DNA of 64,000 nt from Klebsormidium nitens. Its lineage: Eukaryota; Plantae; Klebsormidiophyceae. Where the stretch lies: assembly GCA_000708835.1 (NCBI GenBank), contig DF237057.1, positions 1-64,000 of the forward strand, read 5' to 3'. The position numbers and the translations under genes are program-made. Below are positions 46,459-56,700 of the stretch, in pieces. Position 1 is the first letter of the stretch; each line of letters begins with the position of its first letter. The notes beneath the pieces are model-generated. The model saw only the letters and a list, made by a program, of their open reading frames with translations. It had not been told where the DNA came from and did not search any database.

Positions 46459-47848
46459 AATATGAAAACGTTGAGTTGACGATTTGTGTGGTGGGCTTCC
46501 AGGAAGTGACGGTCGGGCTGTAAATGGATCGCCCGCCAAATGCTGACCAAGTGTCCGCATCCCGATGTATGTGGATGCGAGCAAGGGTTGCCACTAACCC
46601 TTGGGGTTGCAAACAGTTGAGTTTGAGTTGATTCGTTTAGGTGTTGTCTTTCCACGTCAGAAACAGTTGCACACTTACCAGTAGCTAGTCTATTAAACAT
46701 AATGTTGAGGTGTTCGTTTAGTTATAGTTGGCAGGTCTCATTTGGGCGGGTCCTCTTTGACAAATACTAGGAGATTGTTGCATCTGCGGATGGAGCAAAA
46801 CCTAGTACATGCACTTGAGGAACTTCAAGAACGTGTGATTGTTCGCTCGCGTACGCACTCTTCAGTTCTTCGCTTTCAATGCTGTTGAGCGTTGCCCTGT
46901 AAACGCTGTACAATGCTTCTTTTTATGCCCGACCGGAACTGCATGAAGCATGCAGATTGAGAACTATATCATTTACGCAGCTCAGGCTAGCCTCTAGCAC
47001 TTGTCAATAGGCACTGTGTTCAACGCTTATCATGGCCCGGAATGTAAGTTACCATGGCTGAGAATCCATGCATGGAAGCCACTCTGTAGATTCTCTACCT
47101 CTGTATCCTAATATTTTAAGAGCTCATGCCCGCGAACCCTGCGAGATCGGACCTTAAAGGCTCATCTTCACAGTACCATAACATCAGCAGCTTGTTCGAG
47201 GTAATGAAGCCACTGCAGGCCGGAATTGAGTAAGTTAAAAGCCGGTTTGTCACGGACCTATGACCTTGCTAGGGGCCGCTTAATTGCAGGCTGCAAAGAG
47301 TTTGAAGTAAGTCGGCTCGTGGGCAAATTTTAATTGTGGTAGGAAAAACTGAGGTACACTAATTGGGTGCGCATGCCAAAAGCTCACCTTGCTGGGTTCA
47401 CGACAACCGGCGCTCCCTGCTTATCCCCGGCGAGCCTCTCTAAATGGATTACGGGTATCATAGAGGCAGGATCAAAATGGATTCAAGCTTCAGCTTGCCC
47501 CTGGGCCCGCCCTTTCAGAGCAGCATTTGCACCAACTGCACCAAGGCGGCCAAAAAAGACATTAAGACATGCTGACTGGCTAAATGTTGCCTTCAGTCCC
47601 TGGAGCCTCTGCTGACTTTCAAGATGTGAAATTCAAACAAAAACTTGCTGACATGTCAAGAAGTGAAACGGGAAGTTTGATGATACGGTATTTGAAAAGT
47701 TCCGGTTGGAGACTGAGGAGTCGGGACCCCCCTGACTGATTGTGCTAAGGTAGCACAGTCCATGGCCCCTGGAATCTTCGGGACCTGGCGAATTCCGGAG
47801 CCGCAGGATTTACTGCCAGATCACCAGATCCGACGGTGCACGCAAGTC

Positions 47849-47966
47849 GTTAGTCCGACTTCAAGCGCTCATTGCCGGCTTGTGGTGCGTCGTTAGTCCG
47901 ACTTACTGTCACCACGTTCCTTGTTAGTCCGACTACGGATCCCAAGTCCTCCCAAGTCGGACTAAC
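47849..47966. repeat. Cluster of the 12-bp motif GTTAGTCCGACT: three direct copies and one inverted
   Basis: Direct copies at 47849-47860, 47892-47903 and 47923-47934; inverted AGTCGGACTAAC at 47955-47966. Confidence 0.9.
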
Positions 47967-48402
47967 AATACACCACAGCGCAGAATGCGACCCCGAACGT
48001 ACTGCCAACTTCGGATCGATGTTGTCTGTCTAGTTGCCAGCTTGGGCACAACTGGGAAAGTAGCTAGGGCGTCTGCATTCGCGAGTGCACCTGGACAGTG
48101 GCCAGACGGTGCAAACCCATCTCTCTGAAGGTGTTATGGAGGGCGAAAAAAAGGGAGTGCAGCAACTCCTTCAACATCTTTTCTGTTGCTACTTTGACTC
48201 TGAGTGATTTTAGGGCTGCGCAATGACAGTTTTGACGATGCCAAAATTCTGCATGTCTATGGTTTGGGTCTCAATTCAATTGTTCTTTGAAGCAAGTGTG
48301 CAGGAGAATCATCTTGCCAAGCTGAGCCTCTCTTCCTGCAGCCGTCCATTGGGCCTACTTTTCCTATTCTGTTTTTTGACTTTTGGGTCTACTCGTCTGC
48401 AG

Positions 48403-51400
48403 CAAGTGCGGTATGCACAAACGACTTCACGGACAGAGACACCAGGGCCATACCTGTTGACAAAGGTATCCAGGCCTGTGACCGCAGAGAAGATTGGCAG
48501 TGCTATAAGATCAGCAGAAGGACAGATCTCAGCAAAGGACGAGCTCTACGTGCATGATCGCGAGAAAACGGGCCACCTGGACAAATTGTCCGATGTGACA
48601 GAGTCAGAATTGAATTCCGACAAAGTGCTGTACGTGATCGCTGTTAAAGGCGAAGGTAGGCTGCTCACCGCTCACGTTTATTGCTGCGAAAACTATAGCT
48701 CGACCTATGGAAATGCTTCCGTTGTTAGAGCAATCCCAAGACAAGGTCCAGGGCTTTGATGTTACAGGGGTAACATAAAAAGACCCAAGACGGTGTTGAT
48801 GTAGCAGTTTTTGAGATAGGCGTTTACAGCAAAGAAGTCTCAATCACAGGCCTGAGCTTACTGAACCCAAGGGGCATATTTGTGTGTAGCCATTCCCAGC
48901 TTCTGTTTCCATGCGTCAAAAGATTTTGTGGTCAGCAAGTATGTGGCAGGGGGTTCGAGCCTGGCTTTGGAACTCGAAGTTTCGGCGTATGTAAGCTGGC
49001 CACCACAGTCTTTAGTTTCCAGCAGCAAGAAAGTGAAGCTGAGGCCCGAGTTTTAGAAGTTGGTGAAGCTGACTGAAGCATTCAATTCTTTGCAGACCGT
49101 CGTGATGCGATCGAGGCGCCGGCTTTCCGTTATGCACAGCACAGTCCCTCATCATACGACCACCGAACATGGCCAAGAGAGCAGGGTCTGAATAGAGCCA
49201 ACAACAGCCGTCGGACAGTCAATGGGCATGTCGTGGAGCCTATCTTCCTCTGCTATAGGCCCGCTTATGCTGCAGGCATGCCGGCCTCCTTAGGACATCA
49301 AGTGTTCGGTCATTTTGTTGACGATCTCAGCATAGACGAGTGGAACAAGCGCGATTGTGCATTTGTGAAGGATCTGTGCACGCGGAGCCTGCTGACGTAT
49401 TCTGACGAGGGCAGCCGCCAGGCAATGCTCGAAAAAATGTTCTCTCTGTATCTGAGCAGGGACTGCGGGCCTTACAAAGAGTTTTCAGGTGAGATGTTCC
49501 TCCTTCATATTTCGAACAACACTTTGCAGTCCTTAAATATGGCCAATATTCTGCTCCGTCAGTCTTCTTACAAGATTGAGAACAAGTTCTTTCCTTTGAA
49601 GAAGCTCAAGATCAAGCAAGGGTGGGTTACTGAGGTCTACAAACCTGTGCTTAGTGATACGCAACGAATGTCGAGCAGACTTTCTGATATCAGTGCTAGA
49701 CAAACAGCACGCACTGCAAGTATTGTTCTAATGCTCGTAGGCTGCTAGAATTAAGTCATTGTACTTCGGCTTGATCTTTCAGCAATGAAGTTGGTATCTG
49801 TCACCATGTGCTTCAATTAAGGTACTTCCTTGCTCAGATCTGCTAGTTTCCTGCTCCAAGAATGTGTGACTCGTCTTCTGCTCAGCGTTTGTTGTGTCAT
49901 TGCCTTGCAGACTCGCAGGCTGAAACAGTTGGCTTCATTGGCGTACGAGATAAGAAGACGCCAGCGTGCTACGCCATCTACGAGTACGAGAATGAGATTG
50001 GTGCTACAAATACGGACAAGTGGTTTCAGGGGCAAGCGTACCATCAACTATTCTGGAGGGAGTTCATGTCGTCCACGGCGTTCAACGGCAGCTCATGCCC
50101 CAGCTTCCTCATTGAAGTGTTGGGGCCCTATCTCAGGTTTCTACTCAACTCTCTTTTGAGACTTTTGAGATTGCGCGCTGTCGTTGTATGGGGCCCTACA
50201 ACTCGCTTAAGGAGGATGTTGCATGCTGTCTCTATTGTTCAGCATGTGCCAGGAAGGGCCCTGCAGACAGTTGGCCCGGTCTAGGGAGATTGCAAACTCG
50301 ACTGTAGTACTAGGAAAGCGCGCCCTTTCGTGGGCAACCGGCTTGTACTGCTTGAGAGATTGTTAATCTTGGAATCCTTACATTCGACAGTGTGTGCCCC
50401 AAGTTGCCCCGTAAACCTTTATCAACGTGATGCACAGGGGAGTCCAATTTTGTGGCACTGCTCCCTTGGGCCTGGATTTTGCAAGTATGCTAAATTGCAG
50501 CGTGTGTAAGAGCGCCTGCATTCAGTGTCGACTTTGACAGTCGTGGGTCTCTCCCTGTGGACTAAATTAATAGGCTGATATTACACTCTTGGTGAGTCAA
50601 CGGGTCTAAAGGGTCGGGCAGAACTCAAGGAAGTCTGGAAAGTTGTGTTTGTCAATCAGCTTATTGAGCTTCAGCTTCAGCTTTATGTTCTGAACCAGCT
50701 TACTGATCCTCCAATATCTTACCTCTCTTGTGTTTTCAGTCTGCCTCTGAGCCGCCGTTCAATGGTATGATATGCTTGTGTTGAGGGCCTTTTCCATGTT
50801 TCCTTTAAACGCAGGGTGAGCGCGATGATGCTGTTGGGCAACGGCGACGAGGCGAAGGTGCATTCCATGCCGCTGACCGAACATCTACTGCTGGCCGTGC
50901 TTCCGTACGAACAGCAGAAACTGCACCTGCTGCGTGTCATGTGCGCCCTCCGGAAGGGTATCGTTCGACTGGAGGTAGGTATTATGAACGTGACGTTTGC
51001 CCCTCAGCGCCGGCGAAAGCTATTGTTTGAGTTTGAGGATCGCTCTCTTTCTGGCGACCAAGCTGAGGGTAGACAGTACTGACGAGTCGCCACATGACTG
51101 AACCTCTGTATAAGACGGCTCCTACAGAAAGAATGAGACGGTCACGTCGATGGTGACATCCAGTCTCTAAACGATGGAACAGCCCTGTATTGCTCAATAC
51201 TGTGGGCTCCCGCTCTGGAGTTGCTGGCTGTGCTGGTATCTTCCTCAAATTGGTGGCTGTTGACTCCTTCGTGTCTTTCTGTGGAGGTTGCGCGAGACTC
51301 GTCGAACATTCAAAAGCTGTACCGTCGTTCGGCTTACTTCAGCTCCGAGCGAGTCGAAGCCCCCGTCTTAGTAGAGCGTGCAAACGGACCGGTCGGCAAA

Positions 51401-52718
51401 ACCCTTGAAAGTTTCCGGTGCTGTCTCTTTGCAGGAGTTTTACACGGGCTTGTATCAGAAGCCGAGAATCTCCGACCGGTTGCGTGGTCTCAAGATGTCG
51501 GCACCGTACCCGTTCTGGGATGGCGAGCTGGCTGACAGGTAACTTTCGCTTGCTCATGGTAGCTCGTGCTTATTTGTCATCGGATACTAGGATGAGTCGG
51601 TGATGTGAGTGCTGTTAGGTTCGAGCCTGGTCTGACTCTCCGATGGTGAAGGGTGAAGCGGAAACCCCGAAATTGTTGTAGAGGTGGAGTCATGGGCGAA
51701 CGCCATATTTACATCTACTCGAGGGCATGCGCTTATTGTCCTTGATCAGGGACTTTCTGGTCGACGGTTGCGTTCCGTCCCGCAAGGACTTATCCATAAT
51801 TCAGCTGGTTGCTACCGTGATCGTCCAGTCCACTTTTACGGCAGTGCCTCAGATTTAAAGTTTCCAATGCTATGATTCACTCGTGTCTTTCAGTCTGGCC
51901 TGCTAGTGTTCTTCCTCCTTGAAGCATCCTCTGCGGAGATGCTTAGGGTATCGAAACATACTCATCACTAGCTTGCAATGTGCTGCAATGAGCGGAGGTC
52001 TGACCTCGTGTACATGTTGGCATCGGATCGACCAGAACAATTAGCGGCGAAAGACAACGTGTATCCGGTGATGCTTTTGGAAGTTTATGTGTACTGCTCG
52101 ATTCGCTCTCTCTGCAGATTTGTGCCGGACCCTAATCAAAGCGACCCGTTGCGCAAGAAGCCGCTGCTCTACACTGGACGTTTGGATGGACGTCCGGTCG
52201 TCGTCAAGTTCACACAGCGCTACGGCCTCAAGGTGCATCTGCGGTGGGCGGCGGCTGGCTTTGCGCCCAACTTGCTGCCGGAGACCCGGAAACTGCCTGG
52301 CGGGTGGTACATGGTCGTGATGGACCTGCTCGTCCCCGAGGAGTGGGTGCCGTTGTGCGAGGTTTCTTCGGACCTTCAGGAGGGCGCTCGGGAATGGGCG
52401 CTCGCAACGCTGACAAAAGCGCATGACTTGGAGGTCGAACCAGAGGATGGGAGTGAGGAAGGGGCCAAGGGTGTCCATGGAGACATGCGCCACAACAATG
52501 TGATGGTCAACACGATGGACTCGAAGGTGATGTTTGTGGACTTCGATTGGGCGGGAGTGGCAGGCCGGCAGCGGTACCCGCCGTACATGAACCACGTCAA
52601 CATCGGTTGGCCGCAGGGTGCCGAGGACAACAGTGTCATGCAGCAGGCGCACGACACCGCGGCACTGAAGAAGGAAGGCTTGTCTCCGTCACACTATAAC
52701 TGGATACCAGCTGTATAG
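48403..52718 (+). CDS. Crinkler (CRN/CR)-like protein: putative ubiquitin-like header, restriction-endonuclease-fold domain and C-terminal protein kinase-like domain; 6 or more exons, about 580 aa; first exon and start not resolved
   Basis: Exons 48403-48655, 49096-49488, 49911-50136, 50815-50974, 51435-51538, 52118-52718; phases consistent. Motifs: 'PSSY', 'LGHQVFGHF', 'YSDEGSR', 'EYENEIG', 'CPSFLIEVLGPYLRV', 'VVVKFTQRYG', 'GGWYMVVMD', 'VHGDMRHNNVMV', 'FVDFDWAG', 'RYPPYMN', 'AHD'. Confidence 0.8.
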
Positions 52719-53737
52719 CCTCGACACGAACAGGTAGCCGATGGAGAACGCTAGGATCGATCATAGTCAAAAGTAGAGTGTCTAATTTTGCACGCAAAGT
52801 GACCATGCGGCGCTTCTCGTCTGATCAAAGAAGTCTTTGCAAAGCCGCACATAAATCATGCTAAGTTGCTTCAATTCATACTTCGAGCGTTCGTACTTCG
52901 AGCCGCCGACTCAATGACTATGGCTTCATTTCCGACATCTGATCGAGTCACCATTTCCGAGGCTCAGGCAAGGCTACGTGCTTTTATAATTGCTCATGCA
53001 CATGTGCAAGAAAGTATGGTGCTTTTTCACTTCAAGGACTCTAAGTTATAGGCTTGATCGAAGGTTCAGATGCCATGATGACGACAACGCCAGCCCGACC
53101 CACAATAGATAAATCCAGTGAGACCGGAAAACATCACCCATGCAACTGAGTGCAGCGGTTGACACACAACTTGATATGCGGCGTTCATGTCGAACTCATC
53201 ATTGCACGTTATAAGATTATATGAGATTGCTTATGCAGTGAAGATGTTTATGGTACGTCATTAAGTACGTTTAGTATGCCGCCCAGCCGCCACCATGAGC
53301 ATCTTGGATCAACTTGCACATGCTTGCTCCTTCTGTTAAGAATTAGTAGATTATCGTCCTAGGTGCTGATTGCTCACTAAACTCATGCATGTAAGTGCAC
53401 TTCCAGTATGTTGCAAATCTATAACCCCTTTTTAGGTGCTTTTGATTAGAGCTTCTGTAAGCTGCTGTATGGTTATGCCGCGCGCGTCATTTTGACGCCC
53501 TGGACTGTTCACAACGCTGTCTGATCTCATATCCAGTAATAATATTCTAAGCATGAAGATGAAGCTCTTAACTAGGTAATCAAGTGGAAGCATTTTGTAA
53601 TCCATTCGCCGAGTCCGCTCGCGGCACCCGCTGACGGGCGTGAAAAGCGCGACCAAACCCCTGCAGTGCGCGGCGCGCGTTTCCCCGGCCGCGCCCAGTG
53701 GTCCGAATTGCTCAACCAAACCCTGGGCGGCGCACAC

Positions 53738-56700
53738 TCAAACGTATGCAGAGTACGACACCTTGGAAGTCCGGCTCGTTGTGCGCGAGCGCGCAGAGAC
53801 GCTGGCCCGCCTGCGGCGGGAAAGTAAGCGAATCAGAAGCAGCCTTTCAAAACGAGGTGTTCGGGTGCATCTACGTGACGTCACAGGGCGACTGCATAGC
53901 GCGGCCCTCTGCTGTTTTGTCGCCAGGGAGCGAGTGATGGCAGCCACTTTTCGACCACAGCAATGACAAGATCTCCTCGAAAAGTGTTCGAATCAGTAAT
54001 TGGACGCTTGAAGATCTACGTTTGGACACTGCGAAGGCAGGCTAATTACCTTGCTACGGAAATCCTGAGTCTGGCCGTTTAAAAAAGTTCGTTCTTTTCG
54101 ACTTGAGACGCAGCATCAAGTTTGTCCTTACCGTTCCTCGGACAAGCCCCTTACGAACGCAAACCACATCGATGCGAAAAAGAGTATGTGCAGTCGCTCA
54201 AAGACAACCGACCATCTACGGATTATTCTGTCTTTCTACTTCAGGAAGTGACGAGATTGAGAATGGAGCTCTCACCTGGCCTTGAGTCCCAGGTTGGAAG
54301 CGACTGTCTTCTCGTCGCGTTTCCCCGCGATGATCTTCTTCTCCAGGTTCGCCTCGAACTTCAACGCTTCTAGCCGATGGACCGCCTCCAGTTCCGTTCG
54401 GACGTTCCGGTAGCGCTGCGGACGGAACACGGATTCAGACGTCAGATGATGGCGCGCAGCTTGTATCTGGGTAGCGACGCGGGATGCGCTATATAGGTGC
54501 AAGCTTTCCAACGGTCTTCGCTGCTTCGAACAACTTCCGAAGACGACCAAATGTTCAACATTGCAAGGGTGAGCGAACGAAGGTTAACTCAAACTGCCCA
54601 TCTGACCCAGATCTTAACCCGCCCACTAACCTGTTCCCGCCGCTCCAGGTCAATAGTGCGCGCCTTGCGCAGCTCGTCGCGGCCGCGCGTCGCGCGCTGC
54701 ATGAGCGCCTCCATCTCGACCTGCTGGTGCGCGCTCAGCGTCTGTTCTCGCATGCCTAGTTCCGACTGCCACGCCGCTTCCGCCGCCTGGAGAATAGATA
54801 GGCGGAAACAGAGGTTACGGGTTTGGCCGGGTAAAAACGAGCAAGATGAAGATGAAGTCCTGGTGGGCGCTTATGTATGTTCTCGCACGCCTAGTTCCGA
54901 GTGCCATGCCGCTTCAGCGGCCTGGACGAAGCTTAAGGGCGAATCTGGAAGGGTTAAGTGATAACCGGGGTGGAACGACAACCAAGCAAACCCAAGGCCA
55001 AGAAGGGTATTGTGCGCGTCGAGCGTCTGTTCTCGCATGCCTAGTTTCGACTGCCACGCCGCTTCCGCCGCCTGAAAAACGAACATCCGGAAGTGTGAGG
55101 GGCAAGCACCAACTGGAGAACGACGACCGAGTAATCTCAAGCGCAGGAGAGGTAGGCTGGTAACTTTTCTCGCATGCCTATTTCTGTTCGCTAAGCAGCT
55201 TTCCGCCGCTTGGAGAAAACAACCGGGCAAAATATGAGTCAAGCAATATCGGTGCAATCGATTGCCGATAGGTGATTAGTTGCACGCTTGGATTCCACAG
55301 CTCCGACTGCCACGCCGTCTCCGCCTCTCGGGAAGCGGCTTTGAAGCTCCGTACCGTTCAAAGGCAAGTTCTTCTATCAATCTAAAGCGGATGAACGGAA
55401 ACTATGCACGGTTTGGCAAGAGTGTAGCAAAATCCTTCGTTTCAAAGACTTCGACGATGCTTTAAGGCTCAGACCCAGCAATGGCTCGCCGCGTCGCCGG
55501 CTAAGATATTTCACTCCGGTCGAGACGTCTGGGTTAGCAGACTCGACCGGGGTCTATTTACCGGGGCATTTGATGTGAAACAGAGTACACGGTTGAGACG
55601 TGGGTCAGCAGACTCGATTTGGGGCTAGATACCGGGGAACTTTCATACGAGTACAAGTACACGGTAGGCGCCCCCCGTCTGCTCACCCCGGCAGCCTTTT
55701 TGCAGCTACTGCCTGGGGGAAAAGGAACCCGGGCGAGTCAGGGAGCCCGGGACGTCTTCTTACGGTTGAGATGATAACTATCAAGAAACAGAGCGGATTC
55801 CGTTGCGGAAGGAGCGGATTCCGGCGACCAGACTCTCACCTGCAACTCTTGCCGCTCCAGCTTGTCCGCCAGCGACTTGACCTGTTCCGCTTCGTCGTAC
55901 TTCCCCTGCTTGCCCAAGGTGTGCTGCGAGCGGAAAGCGGAACGAGCGGAACGATCAGAGGCATGGAACGGACTTCAAGGTGACCGTATGAATGGGAGCG
56001 AAAATTATAATGTCAAAATGTAACACTGACACTACATGAATGAAGTCATGAAATTGCCGTCCACAATTTGAGTTTGACAGCATTCCAACCTGGCACGACA
56101 CTTCAAAGTTAGTCTTTCAACGGTCTCTAAGGCTGTGAAACTGCAAAGGATTATGTTTCATCCTGGCTTCGTGTTGAGCAGTGGTAAGAAAACCGAAAAG
56201 AATATCCCCCAAATCAAGATGGAACTGAAAACAAGTTGGATCGCCAGCTCCTTAAGAGACCTCCTAAACCTAAAGCTGCAATTGCGATCGCGTAAGGTTT
56301 TCCTAGAAGCTCTTCACCCGGGGTGAATCACCCCCCTTTCAAGACTCCTTTCTGTTCCTTTCTCTACGTTTCTCACCCCCGTCCCTGCAGGTTTCGAAGT
56401 TTTCCACCCCCCCTCACCTGGATTTTCCGTTGGTCCAGCAGCTTGACGCTCGGCTGGGGTTTGGTCGGCCGCCGGGTTTCGAAGTTGGCGCGCAGGAGCC
56501 GCGTCGCGTCTGCGTGCGCGTCGCGCAGTCGCGCCACCTGCTCCATCACCGACTCCTGGAACTGCGCCATCTTGTCGTCCCACAACTGCGGTTTGGAAGA
56601 AGGATTAACGGCGGTTAGCCTGGGTTAGAACCAGTGTAAAACGGGGTTTGAAGTGGGCCTGAATCTTAATTATCGGCTTAGGAAAGGCGAGGTGCCTGCT

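Noticed and set aside
43654-46584. Numerous long antisense and alternative-frame ORFs over GC-rich exons (also 1363-3060, 29386-30706, 52041-52657)
   Set aside because: These are shadow ORFs expected from GC-rich codon usage opposite real exons and have no recognisable domains.
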